From the NCBI GenBank assembly GCA_024704765.1, contig JAKMXF010000343.1:496001-560000 (forward strand): DNA of 64,000 nt, read 5' to 3'. Positions 23,833 to 36,168 of this stretch are shown one piece after another. A program made the position numbers and the translations under genes. Position 1 is the first letter of the stretch; the number at the start of each line of letters is the position of its first letter. Below the pieces are notes generated by a model. That model saw nothing but the letters and a program-made list of their open reading frames with translations. It was not told the DNA's origin and did not search any database. Source of the stretch: Oopsacas minuta (lineage: Eukaryota > Animalia > Porifera).

Positions 23833-24466
23833 AATTTGATAGATCTAGGATATCAATGCTCAATAGCATTCTCAATATTATTAAGTACCCATTATGTTAC
23901 TACATTATCTACTACTCGGTTACTTTGTTTGAATTTACATTGACTTCATCTAGTTTTTATCACATTTGTCTTAACTGACCTTTCATTTTTAACTGGGATT
24001 GACAGGTCGGGTTGGATCAGAAATCTCGACTGGTTCCTTCTCTGCTCCCGCTCGTGAAAAAATGACTCCCCTTTTCTTTCTTCCAGAACTAGAGTCACAC
24101 TAGATTGTATTATAAATAATTAATCAGTAAGGACCATTCGACATTCGAGAAATTGCTCTACGTGCAACGTCAAACCAGTTCAAACAATAAGTATGTTAAT
24201 GTGAATTATGTAATATTGTCCCAGTAACCAAATTTTAGCAACAAAATAGATTTTGATACAGGATAACGATAAAATTGTAAATTGTTTGCAATGAATTAGG
24301 AGCGTGCTTCGCTGTGTCTACTCCAAAAATGGAAAGGCGCATCACCATTCGCTCCTGAATCATAAATGGAGCGCTCCTTTAATGCATTGATCAGGACAAA
24401 TGGGTGGTGTCGTCTGCTGTGGTGTCCTAATTATAATCATAATTGATGTAACATTAAATTTAGGTA

Positions 24467-26972
24467 ATGGCTTCAAAAGTTCCAACAGAGGTTCCCAAAC
24501 AAACTTTGAGGAAAAAGGGATAGAGAATTTTATGATAATTTCCAAGAATATACCGGGTATCACAAATCGATCATAATGATCGGAATTACAGGAGCTGGAA
24601 AAAGTACATTTTGTAACTTTTTAGCAAATGAAACAAAATTTGAAGTAAGTTGTGGTTTCGTATCAAAAACGCAACATGCAGGTGCTTGTCAATTCAACTT
24701 CAAATCAGAAGATGTACTCATCATAGATTGTCCAGGATTCTGTGATTCTAAGCGTCCAGCTGAAGACATTCAGGATGAACTTTGCAAAATAGGAGTGATG
24801 GCAAAGGATGGAACTGATGCTGTAGCCATAGTAGTTAATTCAACGGATAGATTCAGCGATAATCATCGAAACGTGCTCAACCAACTAGAATATCTTGGCG
24901 GATCATTGTGGGAACATGCATTCTTAGTTTTCACTAGAGAATCGAAAGTAATAAAAGAATTCGGTGTGAAAAACGGTGATCAATATATTGAGATGATAAG
25001 TAATAGCAAAGAATGTCCACCAGTTTTGACAGAATGGCTAGAAAAGGCGAACAGACGTTATGTCTGTGTTGAAAGCAAAAAGAAATTTCAAAATGAAGAG
25101 TATAGAAACGAAATATGTACCAAGATCTTCAGCATAATTGATGACATACGTAAAAACACGAACAATGAGAGATACAACAATTCTGTGATGAAGCAAGGAG
25201 CCAAATTCTTTAGACATATTATGGAAGCAAGAAGCACTACACTAGGAATGCAAAAATTAGTAATACGAATGGAGCAACAGCGGGAACAAGATAAGAAAAC
25301 GATTGCAGAGGCACAAAGGAAGCTCGAAGAAACACTAAAAGCAGCAAATGAAAAAAATGAGGAAGACATTAAAAGGATTGAACAAGCACAAAATGAAATT
25401 AAGAAAATGAACAAAATGATGGACCAAACTATAAAGGGCAATGAATTGAAGCATGCTCAATTGAAGATAGACAAACTAGAATGTGAAATGGCACAAAAGA
25501 TTGAAATTGACAGATTAAAAGCTGAAGTTGAGAAAGCTTACGCTAACAATAAAAGTAAAAGTAGTTGTTTTTCTCATCAAACAAAGATCATGTTATCAAC
25601 AGGAGAACTAAGCGATATTAGCAACATTAAAGCAGGAGACATGGTATTTACACCAAATGGTCCTAGGAAAGTTGCTGTCCTCTCAATGATCAAGAGATAC
25701 AAAGATAATATATACAGCATTGACAACAGAGATTTTCAATTTAACAAATATCATCCCTTCGTTGCTTTTACAACAACAAACAATAAACAGACATCTTTTG
25801 CTGTTATCGATGTCAATGGGTTCATTAACTTCATGCCTACCATGGCAGCAAGAAATATAAAGAGCCTATACGCCAGAGACACTAGGTTATCTGGTTATTG
25901 TAAAGAAGGTCTGTGTCCTATCTTAATTCAATCGATTTCAAAGAGTGGAGAAGATTTACTTCCAGAGTACGATATCCTTTATGATGTCATTCTAGAACCA
26001 AACGGAACAGGAATTAATGAGTATTTTGCTGGAGATGTCAATCAGGTATTTCTCGTATCTTCCGAAATATCAATGTATACGCTGGAATCCGAACGTCAAT
26101 ACATACCTGCTTACATAGCAATACTTTACATCATCAACAGGACATCACAACAACAAGCTGTGTATTCTAGTAGCATGCTAAACACAGAGAATGACGTTAT
26201 CAACTTCTTCGCAAACGAAATTATCCAAGATGATGGAATTACTCTACTGACAAACGCATTATTGAAAATGTCACCTTATCAATCACTCAATCTCACAAAC
26301 ACTCCTATCACAATAAAAGAAATTGAAAAACATCTCAAGCGAACTCTAAGTTTCTTTGCAGAACCAAAGCCTATAGCTGTAACAACTTTGTCTCTGATTT
26401 ATGAGTATTTGCAGGAACTTATTGGACCAATTCACACAATGATCAAGTTGGGATGGAGGACATACGCGCCTACAGAGGAAAGAGAACAACTGGCAGTTGG
26501 AATTGCAGACATTGCATTCATCAGTGAAGAATGTTTCTCTCTGCCAATTGAAATAATGCTCATGACAGATACTGATCAAGTACCATACAAGATGGAAGAA
26601 AAGAAAAATAACAAAAACTCGAGAATGAGGCCCATTGTGGACACAATATATATTCCATTTAATCAAGCAGAGGATGACAAGCTATACTTCATTGTGAAGG
26701 AGAAAAATACTTCAAATATTATTGCTAGAAAATGCATCAGACTTAATCCAGACTTCGCCTATGATTACAGATTGTTGAGATTATTCTCATCTGGCAAATT
26801 CAACATTTCGGAAGTAAGAGTAAACCTAGACATCAGAACTATGTCTACTGAGCAAATGAAGCGGGAAATAACAGCAAAACATGACTGGAACGAAGATTTA
26901 GAAATAAATTTCGCAGAGATATTCGCTTCTAATATTGTTGACATCTTAGTGGAGAAAGTGAAGGCTCTGTGA
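24467..26972 (+). CDS. AIG1/GIMAP-family GTPase + coiled coil + Hint (hedgehog/intein) domain + unknown C-terminal region; intronless
   Basis: ORF 24576-26972: G1 GITGAGKST, G3 IIDCPGFCD, LVFTR, coiled coil, then SS|CFSHQTKIMLSTGE..IKAGDMV, NKYHPF, LYDVIL and YFAG..LVSSE. The likely true ATG is at 24467, joined by removing one base in the A5G3 run at 24512-19. Confidence 0.85.
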
Positions 26973-27174
26973 AAACATAATTAATATAAGTGCTTAGTTA
27001 TCGGCTATTAGTTTAAGCCCCCTTTAGTTGTGGTCATAGGCCATTACTAGTTCCCTAGTCTTGTAGTATCGTCTTTTAGACTGTAGTATTTTGTATATCT
27101 TGTATTGTACAAATGTTTTTATTAAAGGTAATCTCAAACAAAATATTTAATGAATAGTACGTATTTGGCGAATA

Positions 27175-28510
27175 CAGGATGTTTCACAATTGATGTCGTA
27201 TTTTCTAAATTTGTTTATTATGCACCCATGCAATAATATCTGTGTATTTAAACTTGCAATCGTAATTAATCTTACAGGGTTCTATTGAGTAATTATTTCA
27301 TTCATCAATCGAAACATTTTATAGCTTCTATTTCCATATCCAAATTGGGCTAATTATTTGCATAATATAATGGTGAAAGAATACAGTATCATGATTCGCT
27401 CACAGGCTGTTGGCATGCTACAAGCTGGCTCTTCTCAGAAGTTTGTGTCTCTTAAACTTGGAGTTAATATCCGTACAGTTCAGCGTTGGTGGCGACTTTT
27501 CAAGAATGATTTGACATTAGAAAACAAAGGGGGACGTGGCCGTAAATCGTCCATATCGAAAGTTGCCAAGATTGTAATTACTAAATCAATTGGCAAAAAA
27601 CGACAGTCTGTACGTGGTCTATCCAAGAAATTAAAGTTGAAAGGTCATTCCGTATCTCAGAGTACAGTGTACCGTTATTTGACAAAAGAAAAGGGCGTAA
27701 AATCTTACAAACGCCAGCGGCAGCCGTTAATAACAGAGAAAAACATGGCTGCTAGGTTAAAATTTTGTAAAGAACGTGTCAATTGGACAGCAAATGATTG
27801 GAAAAACATATTATTTACAGATGAATCACCGTTTGAGTTAAATCATCCCCCAAACAGGAAAAATGATTGTGTTTGGGCGAGAAACGCATTGGATGTCGAG
27901 CCCGTTCAGATGGTGAAATTTCCAAAGAAAATTCAAGTATGGGGTATGATGTCACATCGTGCACTGTCGGAGTTACATTTCATTCCCGTTGGACAAACTG
28001 TATCTGCAGAGTACTATGTTAGTGAGATACTGGGTAAAACTTTAATGTCTACAATGAACAGAAAGCGAGAAAGAGGCACAGTTATTGAGAGGAAAATGTT
28101 AAAAAATATGTCTCGTGCGATATTTCAACAAGATGGCGCTCCAGCTCACACGGCAAACATGACACAAAATTGGTTGAGAAGTAACCTAAAGAGTTTTGGG
28201 GCGAAAGGTACCTGGCCAGCCAACTCTCCAGACTTGAGTCCCATTGAGAACATATGGTCGATTTTGAAAGATGATCTAGATTTAATAGGTGAGATAAAAG
28301 ACATCAAAATGTTGGAAAATCGACTGAAAACAGCATGGTCCAATATTTCACCAGAGGTTTTGGACAAATTGATGGATGGAATGCCAAAACGAATCCATAA
28401 GTGTATTGAACTTAGTGGTGGATATATTGGCAAATAATTGTAGTAATATATCTAGTATTCTATTAGTTATGTAATATTGTATAACACGACATCAATTGTG
28501 AAACACCCTG
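27175..28510 (+). mobile_element. IS630-Tc1-mariner DNA transposon, DD37E type, 1,336 bp, apparently intact
   Basis: 25-bp TIRs CAGG(A/G)TGTTTCACAATTGATGTCGT with one mismatch (27175-99, 28486-510). TA flanks at 27173-74 and 28511-12. Confidence 0.95.
27370..28437 (+). CDS. Tc1-like DD37E transposase, uninterrupted 355-aa frame
   Basis: HTH region with GRGRK, FTDES, QDGAPAH and SPDLSPIENIW. 37 residues between the second D and E (hand count). Confidence 0.92.
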   Translation: MVKEYSIMIRSQAVGMLQAGSSQKFVSLKLGVNIRTVQRWWRLFKNDLTLENKGGRGRKSSISKVAKIVITKSIGKKRQSVRGLSKKLKLKGHSVSQSTVYRYLTKEKGVKSYKRQRQPLITEKNMAARLKFCKERVNWTANDWKNILFTDESPFELNHPPNRKNDCVWARNALDVEPVQMVKFPKKIQVWGMMSHRALSELHFIPVGQTVSAEYYVSEILGKTLMSTMNRKRERGTVIERKMLKNMSRAIFQQDGAPAHTANMTQNWLRSNLKSFGAKGTWPANSPDLSPIENIWSILKDDLDLIGEIKDIKMLENRLKTAWSNISPEVLDKLMDGMPKRIHKCIELSGGYIGK

Positions 28511-29410
28511 TAGTGTACGCGTATGTGAAAGTGGATATCTTATATTAAGCGAAATTCTGACAATTCTGTTAAAAGGCGACCAAATGCTATCTCTATTGGA
28601 TAACTATTTGTATAATTTAATGTAATTTTTGGCGACAGAGAAGAGCTACACACTTGAGATCAGATATATATATACAAAGGGGTAGCCACCACCTCTGAAT
28701 CAGGGATCCTGGCTACCCATATATCCGTATCCATAGGGGAAATTTTCTCATATCTGAGAAATTATGACAATATTCTACTCATAAAGCTCTTAATGATATA
28801 TTGAAGAATTGATGATAGCTAAGTAAATGATATTAAAATTGTTAATAAGCTCCAGCCATGGATGACGTGTAGCGTTTGCAATCAGGGCAGCGCAACCAAG
28901 CGAAACTGTTGAGATAAATTTGGAAAGAGATGTAGGCCTTCCAACCGTGTTTTGACGATGTCGGAGCTCTATTATAACATTTATGACTAACGAAGACTTA
29001 GAGATACTACCAAAGGCCGGATATATATATATATATTTATAAAACATCCTCTTTCGCATATCAAGGCTGCAACCCTGATAAATCAAATGAATCAAACTAA
29101 AACAGAATGATTGACGAATATAAAAGTTTATAAAATCATTGAATGAGTAATAAGATATATAAAAAGTACTTGTAAAAGGCAAGCATACCATATATATATA
29201 TATACACACAATTATACATGTATACACATATCCAAAATATATATAGAATTCTTTAAATAGTTTTAAATATACACAAAAAGCCATATATATATATAATCTC
29301 AAAGTTACTGTTGGACAGCAGAGTTGAATTCTGATAAATGTAAAAAGCTTGAAACACACAAAGATAAAAATGTTAGTAAAATGATAGTGTGAGTTGAAGA
29401 AGAATAGGAG

Positions 29411-32400
29411 TTAAGATGTCTTGAAGACGTCTGTGTTAACCTTCCAAAGTTTGAGATCATGTATACTAGAAAAAGTAAAATACAAAGGATAAAAATTCTT
29501 ATTTTTAAGCGACTAGACATAATTCGTCCAACTCTATTAGACGAACCGCATACTTCTGGCCTCTGGATGAAGGGCGGAAAGTTGGTCGGGAAATTGATCG
29601 CCGGAAGATTCGTCGCGGGATCACCCAAGCAGGCAAACAACAAATCTAAAATAAATCCAACTCCAACCAAGCCATGAGTAGTCTCAGGGAAAATTTGTTG
29701 TAGTTTTAATTATCTAGAACAACGACGAATTTTCTCGGAGACCATCTTTCCGTCAGAGTTCTGGATATGGTTTCAACTTTGAGTTTCCAGTTTAGGAACG
29801 TTGATACACATAAAAACATTCGACCCACTTAACATTACATAAATTTTATCAATTTAATTAAAAGGTCCCAGTAGCAGTAATGAATGTCAGAAGACTTACT
29901 TTGAATTGCTGGTTGTGGCAATCATACCACTGTTACATGCTAACTTCATTACAGATGCATGAGGATAGAGAGATTGACAGTTTGCATAATCTAACAAATG
30001 AGGAGGAATATTAAATGAAAAGAATTTGATACAGAAGTTTTTACTTCCAAGATTATTGATCTTATATATATATTTAACGATATGGACGATAACATAAAGA
30101 GTAGAGAACGATTCTAACACAGATATATAGTTGTACAGACTGGGTTGATAGCCTAAACCCGGTCTATCAAACTCTCATGGCAATGGCCACACTTTTTTTC
30201 AAATGTTGTATCATGACCAGTTGACCACGGTCATGTCGGCGTATTTGTTTAAGTTTGGTTATAAATTCATAATAGTTATAGAAATTCAACTCAATGATTG
30301 ACGTAAGATATCTACACAGTGTAGTCATGTTGGTCATATGACCACAGGTTGAGAACCCTGGTCTAGCTGATACGTTCCACACGGTTCAATATATGACTTG
30401 GCCCATCTGGACTACTGCATTTCTATGATGTCCTAAAATTCTTAAAATTCTAAATTTCCATGATAACCCATTGTCCCATCAAATAGTCTATTTTCCATAT
30501 ATCAGGAGTGAGTATGGCTCAGGATTGGTAAGGGACATTGGACAACTTGAATTATAATTACGTAATAGTAAATAGCCAAATACTATCCCAGATACATTAT
30601 TGGTAGGACCATGGTCCATGGCCTACCAACCCTACCATAGCCAAGTAAGACTACATCTATGCATATGTTATGTATGAAAGCGTTGTAGGCAGTGGGAATG
30701 GGAAATCCCATAGCATTTCATGTGGGAATTGGAATTGAAATTCCGTTCTCAAGGCAACCGTGGTTGTAGGAATTCATAGCTGCATGGATTCGTCAACAGT
30801 AACATAAGGTAATCTACATACTAAATACAAGTAACTCACAGTTGTTCTTGGAATATAGGCTGAGTTTGATAGGATCCAAGAATTTGATATATCCTTTTCG
30901 ACATGTTGTTGCCACAAATGGTTGGTTAGGGAATCTAACCATATTGTTAACATCTGAACATGACTTGCCTAGTGGTAGAGTATCAACTTTCTAAGAAGGA
31001 AAGATATAAACAATATTATGACACATGTTCTAAATCAGTGATTCTGAAATAATGAATTTCATTTCCCAATATTATGGGACTATGTATTCTGAATTGCCGT
31101 TACCCAAAAAATTTCCCTGTAGCCCATTTGACCAATAATAATAAATACAAATTTATCTGTTAAAGTAACAAACCTTCACAAATGCCATATTCTGCACATC
31201 ATACTGGTAAATAAATTCATTGTAGGCGAGGAGTAGCATGTCGTTGTAGTGTGTTAGAGTTGAAAACGAACAGTCATATAATAATCTCTCTGCTTTGATA
31301 GATTTGTTCTAATAAGAAAATACAAGTTTGAACAACATATCTACAAATATGTAATGCAATATTTGATGAATTATAGAGTCAACATCCGGCAACTCAGACC
31401 TCAGGGGAAGTCAAAGTCCGTTCGAGTTAACGGATGGCCTCAATTTAAGGTCCCAATTTCCCTGAGACACTTTTTCAAATGATTAAGAGCTGAAATATTT
31501 ACTGCTTATTCAGGTTTTTGTGATCTTTTCAAAAATGCAATAAAAACATTCATTTAAAAATTATGAAAAATCATATTATTAATTAATATATATATATAAA
31601 ACAAAGTGTATGTATTTGTGTCCACGCCTTTTCTCAGAGATGCCTGGACCGATTCGAACCAAATTTTGTGTGTCGACTAAGTAGTACTCAACCTTTCCAA
31701 ATAAGAAATATTTTTCGAATTGAACCATTTTTGGACAAGATATGTGAATTTTTCACACCTCGCCCATATAAATCAATGCATTTTCGGAGGAATCTGATTG
31801 GTCAACGTTGGCCAGTCAGATTCCTTCCTTCGTATATTATGAATATGTCTAGGAATTTGGTCCAATCAGATTCTACCAATTACAATAGTTACTATTCACA
31901 GGTTATTGATCGCGTGGAGTAATGTGGAGAAAGTGATACCCAACTTCTCCGCATCACTCCAAGGCCCTTCACAAAGCCTTCCACAGGAACTATCTTATAA
32001 GGCTAATAAAGTACTTTAGTATAAATAGTACTAATACCTCACCTAAAATAAATAATTGCACTTGAAGAATTGACTTAATGTAATGTTGTACCATCACATT
32101 ACAACACACTTAAACGAATGCCGCATGGCAATGTAATATGTTTTTTGATTGTTCACTGAGAGCTAATACATGTGACCGTGTAGCATTCGCAAACGCCAAA
32201 AGAGAATCATGAGGGCCGAAGGCCCGAAAAAGCATTCCGCAGGAACTAGCAGAAAAGCCGCCCAGAGGGTGGCGTTGCGGCTAGTATATTATAAATTTAA
32301 CAACTCGAACCCTGAAAATCTGTTTCAGTTAACGGATGTTTACAGTATTTATTTATACGTATATGCAGTCGAAGTTCCAGAGTTGGAATTGGGTTCACTT

Positions 32401-35400
32401 TCAAAAGCCAAGCCGGGCCGAGCCGAGCCGAGCCAAATCTCAACTGGAACTGAATCAGACTAAAAACCTGAACAGGATTCCAACTCAGCTCTATTACGGA
32501 AAAATTAGCGATAATTGGATGAATACATTTGCCCGATATTCTGCTAGTTTAGTGAGGTGCCCAGATAAGGATATTCGTTGCATACGTACAGTAACAGTTG
32601 CAATCGGGCAGGTTTTTCAGGTCCGAATTCCTTTTCTTTGGCCAGAACCCGGACGACCCGACGCATGCGAACTACATAGTATAGAATAATATTATTGAAT
32701 GAAAACTGATGAAGCAGAACGTACAGTCAGAAATTGTGTTAGATAATAACTTGATTTACATCCTATAAAAGGAATAAGATGAAAATATTTCGAATATTAA
32801 TTGCCGTCTATTTGGGACCCTAATGTACAGGACCGAAGCCGGCTCATGCCGGGTTTACGACCTCATGAGAAATCCAATTCGTCGAGATAACGGATGGCAA
32901 CATTACTGTAATATAACGTACTGATATACATCCGTTATAGAGAGGAGATTCATCTTGTGATGCTGAGCTGCAAGAAAGACGGGGCTCTCTATCAGTTGGA
33001 TACTGAATTACTGAGCTAGTAGATATGGACCAAGAAGCTTCAGGGTTATCAAATATCTGAAAAATATATGTAAACACATTACTACAGTCGGTAGAGAATA
33101 AACAAAAACACAAATACAAGTACAAATAGAGCATATGTGTGATTCAATGCTTATTGTTTGATACTCACATTAACACTTTTGTCTCTACAGCAAGTGACAA
33201 GGAATGGAGTTTTCTCTTTCTTTGTTCCGTAGTATATTCGTGTGATAGCAGAGGAATTACCAATGAATTTACCAATACATTTAGCACTATAGGATAGAAT
33301 TACAATCAACATCTGTAACTCGAATGCCCGTTAACTGAAACATTCTTTATCCCGAAAGAATATTCACTTCCCTTCGTTGTACTTTTAATACTTATCGCAT
33401 CCGTTAACCCGAACAGATTTTGATTTCCCCTGAGGTTCGAGTTACCGGATGTTGACTGTATTAAGAGGAAAATACAAATCTAATAAATGATACAACTCAC
33501 TTAATAGCAATTATATTAGAACCATAGTTAACAAGCTAAATAACCCATAGTCTCAGTTCTTATTACACCAAGTAGAATCAACCTTGATTACCGTATTGCC
33601 CTGAATAAGCGTCGGAGTAGAACAGGATAAGGTCCGAATCTTGGAAACCTGGCTTGTGTATATTGCTAATTTACGTATGTATTGATTAATGTATTGTAAG
33701 TGAAGAACATGCTCACGGTTATATCTTCCAAAAGATATCTACATACATGGCTGGGGGCTTGCTTATTCAGGGAAATACGGTATCTTGATTGTACGTTCCG
33801 CGAATGCTTTTGGATGGTCACAACATGTTCGGATATTCGAAGCTGGACAATAATGATTTCCAAGGATGGACATACTTGTAGGTACTTTTCAATTACCTTA
33901 ATAAATCCCATACAATAACATCTGTACCAGAAGCAACATATAAGATGTTTGGATCAGTTGATGTTGATAGATCTTGGAGGACAGCCATATCATCAGATAT
34001 TTTACTAGACACAATAATAGTATAATTCATATAACAACCATTAAAGGTATTATCCTACTTATGAAATAATATGAACATAGAACATACTTGAGTTCATAAA
34101 TAGGGTCTGGAGTTCTCATATCAAATATCTGTAAATATAAATAAAAATATAATATATTTTAGGATAAATTACAAAACAAACGTAAAAATGTGAAATAAAA
34201 TATTATAAATCAAAAAAAGTTGATAGCAGATGGCTTCGTTGAAACAGCAACAATCTTCCCAAGCGAATTAACACACAAACCGTAAAAACATTGCATTTTA
34301 TCTTTCACTCCCACTTCACCATGCTTGTCTAACAAACGCACATTTTTATCAAAAATATTAATAATCCCTCCATAGCAAGACATTACTATCCTCTCATCTC
34401 GGTCTACACAGAAGAATCCAGTAGGCATTACATTACAATTGTAGCCGTTTGGTAAATGTGCTCTCTGCTCACCTGAAGTACTCATTATGAAGAGACAAGG
34501 GTTAGAATCACAGAGCAAATACATTTTGTTGCTAGTAAACTCAATATTGAGTGGCTTTTTTATATTATCCCATGTGAGAGCTCTTACGAATTCAAGATTA
34601 GCTTTGTAGATAACTACACGATCATTCGCATGATCACAAATGTATATGAAATCGTCTTGATTGATAGCTAAGCCTTTTGGCGTGTCTAGCTCATTGCTAG
34701 CCCTTCCTTTCTTACCGACCCGATCTATGAATTCTTTCGTCTTCACGTCAAATGCCAGTACAGAATGTAGTTCAGTGTCAGTTACATATATCAGGTTAGA
34801 CACTATTAACAACCCGTGGGGTTCCTTTAGCTGAGCCTCTCCTATGGTATCAACAACTTTTCCACTTGATCCACATACCTTAACGCATTCATTCCCAAGA
34901 TCTGCTATATAAATACGTCCACTCGCGCGGTGGATAGCTAGATCCTTGGGGAGACGAAAATCCTCTGTATTATGTTTTCCAGTGGACACTATCGGCTTGT
35001 CTTCTATCAAGATTTCTAATTTAATCGCTGAAGAAATGGACTTTAGGATCGGATCTATATCGAACTTAAATTTTCCCCTAACTCGACTATTTAGGCAAGG
35101 ATCTGTACTATCTGCGAAAGTCTTACGTATGGAGCTAATCTTACTCTGCATAAGCTTTTGATGATATGAAACCATGTCGATTAGTATCTGACATTTAGTA
35201 TTCAATTCTTGTTCAATACGATTGAGTTCTGAGGAAAACGAATAGTCGTATGTAGCCATTATAATAGTGGAAATGAAGTAGGAATCTTATTAATATGACA
35301 GCAGTGATAACAATTCTATACTTATAGTTGTGTATAATAATCATAGAGACTACTGTAACTATTCAAAGTATCAGATAATAGTTCAATTATATTATCACCA

Positions 35401-36065
35401 TCACAGACTTAGTTATTCTAAAGTATCAGGTTATATTCATAAGCATTACTATAGATATCTTCAGTAGTGATGCAGTCACAGTATTCAAGTACTATGTAAC
35501 GTATGCCAATTTACAACAAATATTGTCCTATAAGTAGACTTGATCAATAAAAGAGAGGTAGAGAGTGAAATTACACATATCTCGATGATAAAGAAGTCAT
35601 GTGTAAGGAGGTCATAAATTGGGGACAATAAAGTACGCAAGTAATATGATTGTTATGTACTGCCAAATTTACAGCAGACCTCTATAAGTAGTGCTATCTA
35701 CCTAGGCCGGAGAACAAGTAACGAAATAAATCAAAAAATCATTGCAAATGCATAAGAGAAAGAATAATCACCAAAAGTATTGAACTTACGTTAACTTTCT
35801 TTCCACATATCACAAACAAGCGCTGATCACTCATACGGTACTCCATCTTCTTAATTATACCTGGCAACCTCTTAGGCTCAATGCAATACTTCTCCTTTAG
35901 AGTTTCTAGATCTAGAAACCGGATGTAGCTTTCAGGTGAAGAGGTGATGATAGAATCTTCTTCCAGGAGGAGTGAAAGGGTGGATGAGCGAGGATTAATT
36001 TTGCATAAAGATAGAGGTTTCACAATATCCACACCTTTCCTAAATGTTGATAAGTTACTCACAAT
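29411..36065 (-). CDS. Multi-exon WD40/beta-propeller coding region, probably the C-terminus of the kinesin gene
   Basis: Phase-compatible GT-AG exons 35790-36065, 35575-35681, 33897-34004 (VIVWDLL), 33169-33286 (FLVTCCRDKSV), 32922-33056, 31174-31308, 30840-30990, then 29900-30060 and 29411-29465 (DLKLWK..stop). The 30061-30839 interval was not confidently phased. Confidence 0.7.
31586..32284 (+). mobile_element. Possible non-autonomous Helitron-like insertion in an intron
   Basis: (TA)n-AAAA 5' start, and GC hairpin GCCGCCC..GGGTGGC (about 32257-73) followed by CTAG|T at 32281-85. The canonical 5' TC is not seen. Confidence 0.35.
33303..33458. mobile_element. MITE with TA TSD (Tc1/pogo-type ends)
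   Basis: TA|CAATCAACATCTGTAACTCGAA ... TTCGAGTTACCGGATGTTGACTG|TA. A solo end of the same family lies at about 31375-31434. Confidence 0.7.
34210..35259 (-). CDS. Coiled coil + NHL-repeat protein; intronless, nested in an intron
   Basis: 349-aa ORF with FRLPKDLAI..IYIADLGN, LKEPHGLLI and LDTPKGLAI..IYICDHANDRV. Confidence 0.85.
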   Translation of the reverse strand: MATYDYSFSSELNRIEQELNTKCQILIDMVSYHQKLMQSKISSIRKTFADSTDPCLNSRVRGKFKFDIDPILKSISSAIKLEILIEDKPIVSTGKHNTEDFRLPKDLAIHRASGRIYIADLGNECVKVCGSSGKVVDTIGEAQLKEPHGLLIVSNLIYVTDTELHSVLAFDVKTKEFIDRVGKKGRASNELDTPKGLAINQDDFIYICDHANDRVVIYKANLEFVRALTWDNIKKPLNIEFTSNKMYLLCDSNPCLFIMSTSGEQRAHLPNGYNCNVMPTGFFCVDRDERIVMSCYGGIINIFDKNVRLLDKHGEVGVKDKMQCFYGLCVNSLGKIVAVSTKPSAINFF

Positions 36066-36168
36066 CTATATTTTAACATTGAATCGTTGTTGGTTTGGTT
36101 TTAATAGAAAAACATAATTGGAGCACAAATACGAGTATAACTATAATAATATCACAAATTAAACTCAC

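Noticed and set aside
23258-23978. 193-aa and 231-aa ORFs (YDLFYII and MIYSISY repeats)
   Set aside because: These are read-throughs of a stop-free 21-bp minisatellite with no domain or gene context.
27273-27310. Second TACAGGGT end-like motif inside the Tc1 element
   Set aside because: It does not match the right TIR beyond 8 bp, whereas 27175 matches 24/25.
30167-30382. 71-aa minus-strand ORF as a WD40 exon
   Set aside because: It overlaps a MITE-like segment ending GAGAACCCTG (30360) and its phase does not fit the neighbouring exons.
31885-32002. Apparent extra WD40-gene exon (PYKIVPVEGF...)
   Set aside because: It ends in a stop, lies in a repeat-like insertion, and exons 32922-33056 and 31174-31308 already join in phase without it.
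7242-35259. NHL beta-propellers as a RAG2-like partner
   Set aside because: RAG2 is a kelch-type propeller with a PHD finger. These genes have NHL motifs, no PHD, and lie outside the transposon ends.
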